Source: an uncultured Candidatus Saccharibacteria bacterium (GTDB lineage Bacteria; Patescibacteriota; Dojkabacteria; SC72). Taken from it: a stretch of DNA of 64,000 bases. The notes beneath the pieces are model-generated. The model saw nothing but the letters and a program-made list of their open reading frames with translations, ran no database searches and was not told where the DNA came from. The stretch spans positions 6,656 through 70,655 of the forward strand of contig CAZLLO010000001.1 in assembly GCA_964560525.1 (NCBI GenBank). Direction: 5' to 3'. Below are positions 18,618-29,575 of the stretch, piece after piece; the first letter of the stretch is position 1, and each line of letters begins with the position of its first letter. The position numbers were made by a program, and so were the translations under genes.

Positions 18618-19181
18618 CTACCTTATATACACACAACTAGGAGTAACTAATTCAGATATATATGAGATTTTAATCTCCTTCTTCTCTTTCCCTCCATTAG
18701 GGATATATACTGCACATGCCTTATCTACCCTGTATCTAAAATAGTCATCTAAGCTTTGACTAGTATTAGGAAACATTCCCATTAAAGTACAGTACTGTGA
18801 GAGATCCAAAGACATATCAATTTTCTTTAGATTTTTAGCAGTAATAGCAAAATGAGATTTCTTCTTATTCCCAACTAACAGTACTTCCTCAGGAAGCTTA
18901 GACCAGACATCCTTGTCAGAAGAATATTCTTCAAACCTATCTACTTTGTCTGGTATAAAGCTAGATTTAGTCTCAACGAAAAGAACATAAATAGGTTGAG
19001 TATTTGAATATGACATGAGGCTTTGAATAGTTTTAGGATGACAGAACACTCCGCTATATCCCCAGAAATATTTTCCAATCTTCTTTTCTTCTTTCTGCTT
19101 AATTTCAATTATCTCATCCAACGAATGGTTACAATACGGACCCACTTTCATAAGGATGATATTTTGAAATTGGCTTTCCAT
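18618..19181 (-). CDS. Hypothetical protein, translationally coupled partner of the 19182-20030 gene.
   Basis: 187 aa. Its start abuts the stop of the upstream gene. Confidence 0.4.
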   Translation of the reverse strand: MESQFQNIILMKVGPYCNHSLDEIIEIKQKEEKKIGKYFWGYSGVFCHPKTIQSLMSYSNTQPIYVLFVETKSSFIPDKVDRFEEYSSDKDVWSKLPEEVLLVGNKKKSHFAITAKNLKKIDMSLDLSQYCTLMGMFPNTSQSLDDYFRYRVDKACAVYIPNGGKEKKEIKISYISELVTPSCVYIR

Positions 19182-20030
19182 TTACTCTGGGAATAAATCA
19201 TCCTTTAATCTCTTACTAAACCTGCCCGCGTTTAAAGCTCTTTCCTTTAGTTCAACTTTAGCAGATTCCGATATCTTCATAAAATGTCTAAACATTTCTA
19301 AAGTATGTTGGTATGTTTCTTCTGTCCCATGGAATTTGGCCAAAACAGCAAATTGCATGATTACAGAAGTAGGAATCCAAAAATTCGTAGGTATTTTCTC
19401 CTCTGAAGTATAGTCACCATAATAGGCTGGTATTGATGTTTTTCCTTCGAGGATTGCTAAGAGTGATCGTCTATTTCCATCTTGGACAATATAGCTATCA
19501 ACACCATCCTTTGGTAACACAAATACAATAATTGGAGATTTATCTTTGTCAAAACTCTCTTCTCTTGACTGTTGAAATTCTTTCCTCCATCTATCTGCTA
19601 TCTCTTGATTCTCAGGTGCGTTAAAGAATTCTCTTACCTCTTCCATATTGGAATTTTTACCTTCAAAGTATGGAGATATGAAGGACAAATCTGTACCAAC
19701 TAAAAGATTTCCATCTAAAGGAAAGTCATCTCTTAATTTCCAAGTAATATTTTCTGCTGTTAGTACTTCCAAGAAATGTTCCTTTAGTTTGAATCCCATG
19801 GCCATTCCATGAAATCCATTCCAAAATTGTCTTAATGGCATAATATTATCTTTTTCTGAATACCATTTCTCCACGCTTGAATCTATTTGACTCCATGCTT
19901 CAGGTTCTTTAACATCTGGAAGATATTTCTTAAACTCTCTTCTGAGGTATGTTGTAGCAATGTCTATCCTTATGCGGTCGTAGATATGTTTTGGATAGTT
20001 ACCGTCTTTCTCGTATGGTATTTTACTCAT
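19182..20030 (-). CDS. Protein with a ParB/sulfiredoxin-like motif.
   Basis: IVQDGNRRSLLAILEG resembles the DGxxR..A ParB/Srx/DUF262-type motif. 282 aa. Confidence 0.4.
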   Translation of the reverse strand: MSKIPYEKDGNYPKHIYDRIRIDIATTYLRREFKKYLPDVKEPEAWSQIDSSVEKWYSEKDNIMPLRQFWNGFHGMAMGFKLKEHFLEVLTAENITWKLRDDFPLDGNLLVGTDLSFISPYFEGKNSNMEEVREFFNAPENQEIADRWRKEFQQSREESFDKDKSPIIVFVLPKDGVDSYIVQDGNRRSLLAILEGKTSIPAYYGDYTSEEKIPTNFWIPTSVIMQFAVLAKFHGTEETYQHTLEMFRHFMKISESAKVELKERALNAGRFSKRLKDDLFPE

Positions 20031-20112
20031 AAATATATTCCACTATATTATTATTTTAATTTTATCACATCTAGTATTTCTCTAATTCTTTTTTCATGAT
20101 AATATACAGACT

Positions 20113-20766
20113 ATGTTAGCCACACTAATAGACTTCATAATACATATAGATGTACACCTTACAGAGCTAGTAGCTCAAACAGGCCCATTGGTATATATCA
20201 TTCTCTTTGGAGTACTCTTTGTAGAAACTGGCGTTGTCGTATTTCCATTTTTACCAGGCGATTCCCTCCTATTTGCAGCAGGTGCGTTGTCTGCCATTGG
20301 AGCTATGAATATATATGTATTGCTCATTTCTTGTATTGTTGCAGCATTCCTTGGGGATACTGTTAATTATTGGATTGGAAGATATATTGGTCCTAAGGCT
20401 TTTAGTGTAGATAGATGGTTCTTGAAAAAGGCATATTTAGAAAAGGCTAAAGCTTTTTTTGACAAGCATGGTGTTAAATCAATTGTATTAGCAAGATTTG
20501 TCCCAATAGTTAGGACTTTTGCTCCATTCATAGCAGGTATAAGTGAGATGAAATATTCTACTTTCATTCTCTACAACCTTATTGGTGGTGCTTCATGGGT
20601 TATTCTTTTTCTCTTGGGTGGTTTCTTTTTTGGTAATATACCCATAATTCAAAAGAACTTTGAAATTGTTGTATTCGCTATTATTGGTATTTCTGTAATA
20701 CCTATGATTTTTGAATTTGTAAAAGAAAGTAAATTTGGGAAGAAGCTTTTCAAAAAGAAAGATTAA
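20113..20766 (+). CDS. DedA/SNARE-associated family membrane protein.
   Basis: FPFLPGDSLLFAAG motif. 217 aa. Confidence 0.7.
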   Translation: MLATLIDFIIHIDVHLTELVAQTGPLVYIILFGVLFVETGVVVFPFLPGDSLLFAAGALSAIGAMNIYVLLISCIVAAFLGDTVNYWIGRYIGPKAFSVDRWFLKKAYLEKAKAFFDKHGVKSIVLARFVPIVRTFAPFIAGISEMKYSTFILYNLIGGASWVILFLLGGFFFGNIPIIQKNFEIVVFAIIGISVIPMIFEFVKESKFGKKLFKKKD

Positions 20767-20838
20767 ATATTTGATTTCCCAAAATCAAAATAATATAATT
20801 AGCTATCACGATGACCGAGTTAAGTGGCCTAAGGTTTC

Positions 20839-20870
20839 GACCGAACGCTGATCTCGGTCCTTTTGTTTCT
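20839..20870 (+). terminator. Rho-independent terminator candidate after dedA.
   Basis: GACCGA-acgctgatc-TCGGTC stem-loop followed by CTTTTGTTTCT. Confidence 0.45.
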
Positions 20871-20913
20871 CTCAAAGATATCTCCATTCATATTATTCTG
20901 GTATTATTACTCT

Positions 20914-21345
20914 ATGAATATAAAGATAAAGAGGTTTGATAAATCACTCCCTATACCTGAATACAAGACTCAAGGTGCTGCTGCGTTTGATCTCTATTCT
21001 AGAGAGGATGTAACTGTTAATCCTGGTGAGGTTGTATTGATTCCGTTGAATATAGCTATGGAGATTCCTAAGGGATATTTTGTATTACTTGTTAACAGGA
21101 GTTCTACATTTAAATTAGGTATTACGTGTGCTAATGGTTTAGGTATTGGGGATAGTGATTATTGTGGAGATAATGATGAGTATAAGTTCCCTGCGTTAAA
21201 CTATACCAAGGATATTGTTACTATTGAGAAGGGTACTAGGTGTTGTCAGATGTTAATACTACCTGTAGAACAGGTTAATATACATGAAGTAGAACATTTA
21301 GAGAATACTGATAGAGGGGGATTCGGAAGTACAGGGAATAAGTAA
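20914..21345 (+). CDS. dut: dUTP diphosphatase.
   Basis: AAAFDLYS motif. About 143 aa from the internal Met (MNIKIKR). The track start at 20863 overlaps the terminator. Confidence 0.75.
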   Translation: MNIKIKRFDKSLPIPEYKTQGAAAFDLYSREDVTVNPGEVVLIPLNIAMEIPKGYFVLLVNRSSTFKLGITCANGLGIGDSDYCGDNDEYKFPALNYTKDIVTIEKGTRCCQMLILPVEQVNIHEVEHLENTDRGGFGSTGNK

Positions 21346-22290
21346 TTAACTTTTTAAATAATCTTCCTCGAAACCCATTATAGGCGGCACAATGCTATCT
21401 CCATTCCCCATATTGGCCCAATTAATTTGTGGTGGAATATATTCTGGTATTCTGTAATTTGTTAACTCATTACAATCCTCCTCGGTCATTTCGAAATGCA
21501 TTGCTTCCCAATTTTCTCGAATATGATTTTCTGATGTAGAAAAAACTTCAGGTTTAAATCCCAAACTCTTCATCCAATTTAATACTATTTGGTTTTGTGT
21601 TTTTCCATATTTTTTACTTAATCTAACCAACGGTTCCCAATCATGAGTAATTGTCATTCCCTGTCTTAGAGGTCTCCATATTATGGTTTGAATATCTAAA
21701 TCATTGCATAAGTCAAAAATCCCTTCATCCTGGCACAATCTTATTTCGAAACTAATATGTGTCTCATGAGCAAACAAATTATCTTTAAATTCTTCTTTAA
21801 ATTTCTTAATTAATTCTTTATTCGCATTTGACAAGCTAATATACCTAGTTCTATTAGCTCGTATAAGTTCCCACAATTTCTCTACAACAACATCATATCC
21901 AAATTTAACAACTAAAGATTGTGTTACAAGTGTTGAATCAAAATAGTTAGTATCAAATAGCTGATACATATCCTCGATATCTTTTTCTAATGCAGAAAAA
22001 TCATCTAAATCTCTTGGGTATAACGAATTAGTGATAAATATATCCTCTCTATTAATATCGGATTCTCTAATAGCTCTTGCTAATAATTCAGCAGATTTGC
22101 CATGCCCATAACCCAAAGAAATTTCTGTAAAGTTGTATCCCATTTTTAAGCTTGTGATCAAAGCATTTACACATACTTCATCTCCCTTTATATCCTTCAA
22201 ATCAATATCTCTATGCCCACGCCCTCCAACGCCATAAGTTCCAATACCAATAGGAGAAAGATCTTTCCCTGAAATAGTAGTTACTTTCAT
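21346..22290 (-). CDS. Aldo/keto reductase family oxidoreductase.
   Basis: LSPIGIGTYG, FTEISLGYGHGKSAELL (DTA..YG-like) and ISLSN motifs. Confidence 0.55.
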   Translation of the reverse strand: MKVTTISGKDLSPIGIGTYGVGGRGHRDIDLKDIKGDEVCVNALITSLKMGYNFTEISLGYGHGKSAELLARAIRESDINREDIFITNSLYPRDLDDFSALEKDIEDMYQLFDTNYFDSTLVTQSLVVKFGYDVVVEKLWELIRANRTRYISLSNANKELIKKFKEEFKDNLFAHETHISFEIRLCQDEGIFDLCNDLDIQTIIWRPLRQGMTITHDWEPLVRLSKKYGKTQNQIVLNWMKSLGFKPEVFSTSENHIRENWEAMHFEMTEEDCNELTNYRIPEYIPPQINWANMGNGDSIVPPIMGFEEDYLKS

Positions 22291-22295
22291 AATTG

Positions 22296-22730
22296 TTAGA
22301 ACATAAATTTAGGTTTCTTAAATGGCCATACACTCATTATCCATTCTTTAACCTTCTCCATTACTTCTTTCTCCATATTAGAATATTTATTTCTAATCCA
22401 CATATCTATTTCTACATCATATTCCATATCATCACATGGATACATATACAAACATCCTAAACATTCATCTCTACTGTTATTCAATATTGTATATGTAAAT
22501 GATGCTCGTTTTTGAAATTCTTTTTGATGATATCCCAAATCAACATTATTCTGATACAAGGTATGGTTTGGATATAGAGGATAACCATTCTCATCTAACA
22601 TATCCATAACTGCGGCATAGTCCATCTCAGAAATATCTATGGTTAATGGCAGGAGGATACAATTTGTAAGGACTAATTCCTGTGGTATTTCAAAGGTATC
22701 TGGTATTATTGGTTTTCTATACATTGCCAT
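22296..22730 (-). CDS. Hypothetical protein.
   Basis: 144-aa ORF. Its ATG lies 2 nt after the stop of the orphan 3'-end fragment encoded in repeat A. Confidence 0.4.
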   Translation of the reverse strand: MAMYRKPIIPDTFEIPQELVLTNCILLPLTIDISEMDYAAVMDMLDENGYPLYPNHTLYQNNVDLGYHQKEFQKRASFTYTILNNSRDECLGCLYMYPCDDMEYDVEIDMWIRNKYSNMEKEVMEKVKEWIMSVWPFKKPKFMF

Positions 22731-22766
22731 GGCTATATATTACAACAATCTAATATCTTTCGTATA

Positions 22767-22864
22767 TCCTCCTCCACACTTTCCTTACACAAATGAAAAA
22801 ATCCAAACCTGGTATCTAATTGGTTAGATATAATCTCATTCATAATTAAATACAAGCACCTATT
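22767..22864. repeat. 98-bp direct repeat copy A. It encodes an orphan duplicated 3' end (MNEIISNQLDTRFGFFHLCKESVEED...) of the gene at 26593-27096.
   Basis: About 85% identical over 98 bp to 26621-26718. Minus-strand translation matches the C-terminus of the 26593-27096 product. Confidence 0.75.
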
Positions 22865-24521
22865 TTACTATTTTTTTGCCAACTTTATTATTCCTCTCTG
22901 TTAACAAAACCAAACATATTGGTATAGTAATAACCATATTGAAATTAAATAATCTATAATCATTCCCAGATAACAAAAGCATAGTTCCAAGATCATACAC
23001 TAACGCAGGAACGACAAGCATCAGAACTCTAAAACCATGCTTGTAAAGTGCAAATAGACAAACGAGCATTAAGGCTAGAATTTGAGCACCAATTGATTTA
23101 AATACAAAATTCAAAACAGGAAGATTTGAAGCTGTATTCATGACTAAAACAAAAGCATCCCCTATCTTTGTATATATTGTATCTACATGTTTGTATCCAA
23201 TACTCTTTTTGGGAGTGATACCAACGTTTACATGTGCATTTGGACTCCCCTTTGTAGACCAAACAATACTTGTAAGACTCCTAACTGCAATCAAAGAATC
23301 TTTAGGGTCTGATTTTATAGTATTAAAAACCATACTACCAAATTTAGACAAAGGTACACTTTCAACAACCTTGTTAGTTGGTGCATGGGACTTTATTGAA
23401 TTGTAATTACCAAGGGAGTAAGTGCTTTGCCAAAGTTCATCAGAAGCTATTTCATTCATAAAAGCTTTGGTCTCAGACGTTAATGCTGAAGGATTTTTCT
23501 TCATCACATCGCTGAGTATAGTCATTGGTAGACCTACAGACTCACCATATGTATTATGCGGATATTCTACCTTTAAGAAAGAATACAGCGGACCCTTGAT
23601 AAGAACAAATACTGAGGCTGTAATAAATAATAATATTATGATTTTCTTAACCTGTTTGAAATATAGTATACATACCAGGATAAGTAATGGAATTGTATAA
23701 AAAAGCGCATTATGTCGGATGATTGTTGTTAATGCTACACATACACCAAACCATATAACATTAGAAGATTTCCTCAACCATTCCCCATGGCTTAGGTATA
23801 TATCAATACTTCCGACAAGAAGAATCAACACGAAAATAGTTAGTGCCGTATCTTTCCAGGCATACATCATAATATTCCTCGTGAATGGATTTAGAATTAT
23901 TAGAAATTCGACTATTACTAATAATACTTTTGAGAAACCCCAAGATCTTAGAGTAGATATCAAATATCCTACCCCGAGACTGAATATTACAATCTGTAAG
24001 AATATTACAAAAGTATAATTATTATATATTCGTGTTGCTAGATATATTAAAAAGGTATGTAATACTGGGTGCCAATCATTAAATGTAAAGCTTTGAACCT
24101 GTAACCATTGGTTCGCATTGTCGGGTGAGATTCCACCAGGATAATATGCCAATAACGTAATTGCTAAGATGATAAAACATATTAAAAAAGATACGAAGAA
24201 GAATCTCATATCTAACTTCTCCTGCAAACTATTTATCTTAATATGTTTGTCCTTAAGCTTAGAGCACAAAAATATTAAGACATTAAAAGCAAGTATCATG
24301 TACAAAAAGGAAAGCCCCCCCATTACCAAGACTTCTACAATTGAGAAAGAACCTTCAAAATATACTGTAAACCTTGTAAACACAATATATCCCGACAAAA
24401 GGATTCCTAGAACAATAAAAACTATCTTCCTCCACTTAGAAAGTCCTTCTACGGAAAGCTTTAAGAAGTTTTTGTATCTCAACCAAAGATTTTTAATATT
24501 AAGAAGATTTTCTTTCTTCAT
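22860..24521 (-). CDS. Polytopic membrane protein, possibly a GT-C-type glycosyltransferase.
   Basis: 553 aa, more than 10 TM segments. Sits in a cassette with a GtrA-like gene and a Glf-like flavoenzyme. No motif verified. Confidence 0.35.
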   Translation of the reverse strand: MKKENLLNIKNLWLRYKNFLKLSVEGLSKWRKIVFIVLGILLSGYIVFTRFTVYFEGSFSIVEVLVMGGLSFLYMILAFNVLIFLCSKLKDKHIKINSLQEKLDMRFFFVSFLICFIILAITLLAYYPGGISPDNANQWLQVQSFTFNDWHPVLHTFLIYLATRIYNNYTFVIFLQIVIFSLGVGYLISTLRSWGFSKVLLVIVEFLIILNPFTRNIMMYAWKDTALTIFVLILLVGSIDIYLSHGEWLRKSSNVIWFGVCVALTTIIRHNALFYTIPLLILVCILYFKQVKKIIILLFITASVFVLIKGPLYSFLKVEYPHNTYGESVGLPMTILSDVMKKNPSALTSETKAFMNEIASDELWQSTYSLGNYNSIKSHAPTNKVVESVPLSKFGSMVFNTIKSDPKDSLIAVRSLTSIVWSTKGSPNAHVNVGITPKKSIGYKHVDTIYTKIGDAFVLVMNTASNLPVLNFVFKSIGAQILALMLVCLFALYKHGFRVLMLVVPALVYDLGTMLLLSGNDYRLFNFNMVITIPICLVLLTERNNKVGKKIVK

Positions 24522-26073
24522 GGTATTCTTCCTCAGTATTAACGTTCCAAATAACAGATTTATCCTTTAAATTATTTTTTATTACTTTAACTGTTTCAAT
24601 TGCCGTTAGCATAGAATGATCGGTATTATTATACCTATGCTGCCCATTTCTTCCAATACAATACAGGTTATCGATAGTATTTAAGTAATCCTTAACCTTA
24701 TCAAATTCTTCATACGTACCAAAGTATGCAGGATATACTTTCTTCATTCTGATATATGTTGAATCAAGCACATCCTGTTCTTCTATAACATCAATTTTGA
24801 CTAATTCGCGAATAGCAAACCTAATAAATTCTTTTTCTGGTGTGTTCCACATTTCATCTCCTTCATCACAAAAATATTCTAAACCAACCCAGACAGTATT
24901 TTCATTATCTTGGACCATATATGGAGACCAATTATTAAAAATCTGTAATCTCCCAATTTTCACATCTCTTTCTTGTATATATATCCACGTATCTGGGACA
25001 ATGTTCCCTACTGTTTTAATATTTGTTTCATTCTTTATTTTTAGCTTTTTCAAAAGTAGTCCGACAGTAATAAAGCTTCTATATGGTAAATTAGTAGCTA
25101 TCTTTTTTACATCCTTAGGGATATCGTCACCCATCGCATCAACCAAATCTTTAATTGGCATGCTTGAAAAGAAGAAATCTCCATTTGTACTAGTGATATT
25201 TCCTTTAACATTTCTTGATTCTACACCTGAAATTTTATTACCTACACAGTTTATTTTCGTAACACTGGAATCAAGGTGTATTTCCCCTCCCATTTTCCTT
25301 ATCTCCTCAGCCATAGTTTCCCACAACTGTCCTGGACCTTTCTTAGGATAGAAGAATTGCTCAATAAGGGATGTTTCCTTACTCTGATAATCTTTTTTAA
25401 ATATTTTTAACAATACTTCTTTTACCGCTTGCATTAACGATAGTCCTTTTATACGTTGCGCCCCCCAACTTGGAGAAATATTTCTAGGATGTACTCCCCA
25501 AAGCTTCTCTGTATAATCTTCAAAGAACATAGCATATAATGGTTTTCCAAAGCGATTAATAAAAAAATCCTCCAATGAATTTTCTTTTCTTTTATTAATA
25601 ACAGAAAGTATGTATCCAAAACCTGCTTTCATTGTTCTAATCAAACCCATATTTTTAAATGTTTGTAACTTCATAGATATTGGATAATCAAAGAACTTTC
25701 TTAAAAAGAATATTCTAGATATACGATTTCTTATGAGCATTACCCTATCTACTTTCTCTGGATCTGGTCCATCTTTCACCAAAGGTTTCTTAATACCAAG
25801 TTTTTTATCGTCTTTTGAGGATTTCCCCTGTAATGGCATTATTTCATTCCATAGATCTGTAACTTCCTTACTCTTGGAAAAGAATCTGTGGCCACCAATA
25901 TCAATCCTATTCCCTTTGTATATCGCCGTACGAGAGATACCACCGATATAGTTGGTTTCTTCTAATATGATTGGTTTGATATCTGTTTCTTTTAGCAATT
26001 GATATGCTGCTGTTAATCCCGCAGGTCCTGCACCTATGATTATTGCTTTCCTTTGATGTTTTTTCTCTTTCAT
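24499..26073 (-). CDS. FAD-dependent oxidoreductase (amine-oxidase / UDP-galactopyranose-mutase-like Rossmann fold).
   Basis: [16 protein letters not shown] dinucleotide-binding motif. IGGISRT...IDIGGHRF. Confidence 0.5.
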   Translation of the reverse strand: MKEKKHQRKAIIIGAGPAGLTAAYQLLKETDIKPIILEETNYIGGISRTAIYKGNRIDIGGHRFFSKSKEVTDLWNEIMPLQGKSSKDDKKLGIKKPLVKDGPDPEKVDRVMLIRNRISRIFFLRKFFDYPISMKLQTFKNMGLIRTMKAGFGYILSVINKRKENSLEDFFINRFGKPLYAMFFEDYTEKLWGVHPRNISPSWGAQRIKGLSLMQAVKEVLLKIFKKDYQSKETSLIEQFFYPKKGPGQLWETMAEEIRKMGGEIHLDSSVTKINCVGNKISGVESRNVKGNITSTNGDFFFSSMPIKDLVDAMGDDIPKDVKKIATNLPYRSFITVGLLLKKLKIKNETNIKTVGNIVPDTWIYIQERDVKIGRLQIFNNWSPYMVQDNENTVWVGLEYFCDEGDEMWNTPEKEFIRFAIRELVKIDVIEEQDVLDSTYIRMKKVYPAYFGTYEEFDKVKDYLNTIDNLYCIGRNGQHRYNNTDHSMLTAIETVKVIKNNLKDKSVIWNVNTEEEYHEERKSS

Positions 26074-26091
26074 TATTAAGATATAAAAATA

Positions 26092-26529
26092 TTATTTGAA
26101 TATGAAGATTTTGCGACCAATATAATTCCAAAGTAATACTACTCCTGCAATAAAGATTTTAACGACAATATAGAATTCAGTACCAAAAATTTTAATACCA
26201 AAATACATACCTAATTCAGTCATCAATAATCCGATAACACCGATAATAGAAAATATTACAAATGATTTGAATTGCTTCCCATTTACTTTGTCATTTCCTT
26301 TTTTAAATACAAAGATTAGAGATAAGATGTAGTTGAAAGTTAACCCTGCTACAAAGCCTAATGCTGTAGATATTAGTATCCCAGTTTTTCCAAGGTCATG
26401 AAAGATAAATTCCCTTGCCAAAACCAATACCCCCGTATCAATAAGGAACGCAGAACCACCTACTAATAAATATCTGGCAAATTCTTTTGCTAGTTCTATA
26501 TATTTTGTCTTTTTAATTTCATCTATCAT
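26092..26529 (-). CDS. GtrA-like membrane protein (polysaccharide-synthesis flippase family).
   Basis: 145 aa, 4 TM segments. LLVGGSAFLIDTGVL GtrA signature. Confidence 0.55.
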   Translation of the reverse strand: MIDEIKKTKYIELAKEFARYLLVGGSAFLIDTGVLVLAREFIFHDLGKTGILISTALGFVAGLTFNYILSLIFVFKKGNDKVNGKQFKSFVIFSIIGVIGLLMTELGMYFGIKIFGTEFYIVVKIFIAGVVLLWNYIGRKIFIFK

Positions 26530-26592
26530 TAGAATTTTTCAATTTTCCATGATACCTCCCTGTACCAACGAAATCAAATAAGGCAAGAAACG

Positions 26593-27096
26593 TCATAGAC
26601 TAAATATTAAACAACCAAGATCCTCCTCCACTCTTTCCTTACACAAATGAAAGAAACCAAACCTAGTATCTAATTGATTATTAATAATCTCATTCATAAT
26701 TAAATATGCAGACCTATTACAAGGCCCATTAGTTGTACTTGTATATCTGTAAAATGTATTAGGTAATACAATATCTAGATTAGAAGCATATTCCTCTGTA
26801 CCATCATTAATAATAATTCTTCTTCCATACCTATTAACATACTTAGGATCATATCTAGATCTTTTGGCATTCCTATTATTATCTGCTATCCCTATAACAT
26901 ACCTATACTTTGGTATCTGTTCTAACAGTTTCTTTGTTGAAAATGTACCTGGTACGAATAGTTTATCTATACCGTACTTCTCAGCATCCAATTCATACAA
27001 TACTTTTGAGCTTCTACGTGTGTAGTTGAAAAATGTATAGAGGAGAATGCTATTCATTCCCCACCTCCACCCATATGGGACAATGATCAGATCCAT
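26593..27096 (-). CDS. Hypothetical protein whose 3' end is duplicated in repeat A.
   Basis: 167 aa. The C-terminal ~40 codons lie within repeat B. Confidence 0.4.
   Translation of the reverse strand: MDLIIVPYGWRWGMNSILLYTFFNYTRRSSKVLYELDAEKYGIDKLFVPGTFSTKKLLEQIPKYRYVIGIADNNRNAKRSRYDPKYVNRYGRRIIINDGTEEYASNLDIVLPNTFYRYTSTTNGPCNRSAYLIMNEIINNQLDTRFGFFHLCKERVEEDLGCLIFSL
26621..26718. repeat. 98-bp direct repeat copy B.
   Basis: Pairs with 22767-22864. Confidence 0.75.
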
Positions 27097-27814
27097 ATAC
27101 CTCCTTTAATATTCCAGCCCCCTTTATATCCTTTTCTATGTTCTTAGATACTAGGAAGTAATCAAACCTCCATCCATTGTTCTTCTCTCTCTTAGGATCC
27201 CTCATATGCCACCAAGAATAATACCCACTACCCTTCTGAAACATTCTAAAAGAATCTACCATACCAATATCCAACATATCATCAAACCATCTTCTTTCCT
27301 CTGGTAAAAATCCAGACATCTTACAATCCTTAAGATACATATCATCATGAGTATGGCCTACATTTAAATCACCTCCTACTATTACCTTCTCGCCATTCTC
27401 AATCATGGGTTTAACTAATTTAAGAATCTCATCATAGTATTGGAGTTTAAATTTCAACCTTGATTCAGATGAATTACCATTGGGAGTATAGAAATTGAAT
27501 ATGGTTATATCCCTTACTTTGATTTTAATAACCCGACCCTCGGTTTCTAGTATTTCATTTCCTACCTTGTTGGTTATTTCTTTTACATCTAATGTATTTT
27601 TGTAATACATTGCAGTTCCTGCATACCCTGGTCTACCCGAATCATTGAATAGTGTTGAATACCCATCTACAAATTTGAGAAAAAATGATAACTGGTCTTC
27701 AGTTGCCCTTAGTTCTTGTATCCCCACAATATCTGGTTGATAGTCTTTAAGAAATTGGAGATATTTATCTTCATATGACCTTAGGCTATTTACATTCCAA
27801 GAATATATTTTCAT
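27050..27814 (-). CDS. xth: Exodeoxyribonuclease III (AP endonuclease).
   Basis: MKIYSWNVNSLR..., GDLNVGH, SDHCP motifs. Confidence 0.8.
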   Translation of the reverse strand: MKIYSWNVNSLRSYEDKYLQFLKDYQPDIVGIQELRATEDQLSFFLKFVDGYSTLFNDSGRPGYAGTAMYYKNTLDVKEITNKVGNEILETEGRVIKIKVRDITIFNFYTPNGNSSESRLKFKLQYYDEILKLVKPMIENGEKVIVGGDLNVGHTHDDMYLKDCKMSGFLPEERRWFDDMLDIGMVDSFRMFQKGSGYYSWWHMRDPKREKNNGWRFDYFLVSKNIEKDIKGAGILKEVYGSDHCPIWVEVGNE

Positions 27815-27879
27815 TCCTAATTATATCAGTTTCTTTTCTTCTCTTTTACTTGTCATTAAGGTAAGAGATATAATGGAGG

Positions 27880-28986
27880 ATGTTTCAATCAGAAATCTTT
27901 AAAGACAGACCTACATACGCAGAGATATCACTACCAAACCTTGAACATAATATATCCGTAATTAAGAATATCATTGGTAATACCAAGATCATGGGCATAG
28001 TTAAAGCCAATGCATATGGACATGGATTAGTAGAAATATCAAAGAAATTACAAAACCTAAATATTGATTACTTGGGTGTAGCCTTCATAGAAGAAGCAGT
28101 ATATCTTAGAGAAAATGGTATTACTACACCTATCCTTGTACTTGGTGCTGTAGACAATTCTCAGATTAAGCTATTTTTGAAACATGATATCGATATTACA
28201 GGAGCGTCTATTGAAAAATTAGAACAGATATCTCAGATAGCAGGAGAATTAAAACTTAAGGGTAAAGTACATCTCAAGATAGATACTGGTATGGGAAGGA
28301 TCGGAGTACAGTGGGATAGGAATAAAGAATTCATAGACAAGGCATTTACACTTCCCAATATTGATATTGTTGGGATATTTTCTCATTTTGCTAATTCTAA
28401 AGAAGATGTTGAATATACCCAAGAACAACTTAAACGATTTAATGCTGTGCTTGATTATATAGAGGAGAAATATTACTTGCCTCCTTTAATACATTTGGCT
28501 AATTCTGGAGCCATATCAAACAATTTAAAAGATTCTTTCTTTGACATGGTTAGACCTGGTCTTCTGATGTATGGGTATTCGTACAATCCTGAGATACAGA
28601 AGCTTCTTAAACCTGTTATGTCTTTTAAAACAGAGGTGTCATATTTTAAGGTGTTAGATGCTAATGAGAGTATTGGATATGATAGAACATATATTACGAA
28701 AGAAAGGACTCGTATTGTTACTATACCTGTGGGATATGCTGATGGATATCCTAAGAATAATGGAGAGGTATATATCAATGGTAAGAGATATCCTGTGGTT
28801 GGGAGGGTGTGTATGGATCAGGCTATGGTAGATATTGGTAATGAAGGAGAGGCGTATGTTGGGGATATGGTGGAACTTTGGGGAGAGAATATATCACTTT
28901 TTGATGTATCTGTATCTACAGGGAGATCTCTTCATGAGTTAATGTCTGGTATTGGAGAGAGGGTTCCTAGGAGATATCTTGATTAA
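27880..28986 (+). CDS. alr: Alanine racemase.
   Basis: VKANAYGHG PLP-lysine motif. 368 aa. Confidence 0.85.
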   Translation: MFQSEIFKDRPTYAEISLPNLEHNISVIKNIIGNTKIMGIVKANAYGHGLVEISKKLQNLNIDYLGVAFIEEAVYLRENGITTPILVLGAVDNSQIKLFLKHDIDITGASIEKLEQISQIAGELKLKGKVHLKIDTGMGRIGVQWDRNKEFIDKAFTLPNIDIVGIFSHFANSKEDVEYTQEQLKRFNAVLDYIEEKYYLPPLIHLANSGAISNNLKDSFFDMVRPGLLMYGYSYNPEIQKLLKPVMSFKTEVSYFKVLDANESIGYDRTYITKERTRIVTIPVGYADGYPKNNGEVYINGKRYPVVGRVCMDQAMVDIGNEGEAYVGDMVELWGENISLFDVSVSTGRSLHELMSGIGERVPRRYLD

Positions 28987-29488
28987 TTTCCACTTGGGGT
29001 ATGTTGCTTCTCTGTTCAACTTCTCTCATTATACTAAGAACTCTTTGAGTGACATCTTCTGGGTATAGTGGGTCTTCTCCAAATTGTTGACCATCATGTG
29101 CATTAGCAGCTGCACATAGGAGGTCATACAAAAAAGAAAAGCTTTCTTCCTGAGAAACACCACCTTCTTTCATCATCAATGAGGTATTCCTAATTACATC
29201 ATCTTCTGGTAATTGATTACTTGGATATCGTATATCTCCTATGCTTTCTTGTGGATATGCAGAGAGGTTAAAGAAACCATACACTACTTCTAGTCTTCCA
29301 GTTCTCCATAGTTCATGTATATATTGAGTTTTTTTGTCTGGACAATCATAGAACAATGCACAAAGACATTGTGGTTCAAATTCGGCTATTGCTTTTCTTT
29401 TTATGGGGTTTTTGAAAAAGGTGAATCCACTTACATATGCCTCTGGGGAGTGAGAGTTATTTAACTCTTGTACCACTTTGTTAGACAT
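28967..29488 (-). CDS. Hypothetical protein downstream of the Type III res gene.
   Basis: 173-aa ORF, same strand as mod/res. Its 3' end overlaps the alr stop convergently. Confidence 0.4.
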   Translation of the reverse strand: MSNKVVQELNNSHSPEAYVSGFTFFKNPIKRKAIAEFEPQCLCALFYDCPDKKTQYIHELWRTGRLEVVYGFFNLSAYPQESIGDIRYPSNQLPEDDVIRNTSLMMKEGGVSQEESFSFLYDLLCAAANAHDGQQFGEDPLYPEDVTQRVLSIMREVEQRSNIPQVEINQDIS

Positions 29489-29575
29489 ATAGATATTATA
29501 CTAGAATCCAAGAAACATTTAAATACCAAGGTTATTTCTTTTAAATTTTGTTGCTTTGATCAGAGGTGAGAGTCT

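Noticed and set aside
20800-20870. tRNA-like structured element before dut (GACCGAG...CTCGGTC).
   Set aside because: No cloverleaf could be folded. A 6-bp stem, 9-nt loop hairpin followed by a T-run fits an intrinsic terminator instead.
22639-22827. 62-aa plus-strand ORF overlapping repeat A.
   Set aside because: The region is explained by the duplicated 3'-end fragment on the minus strand. This is a spurious ORF.
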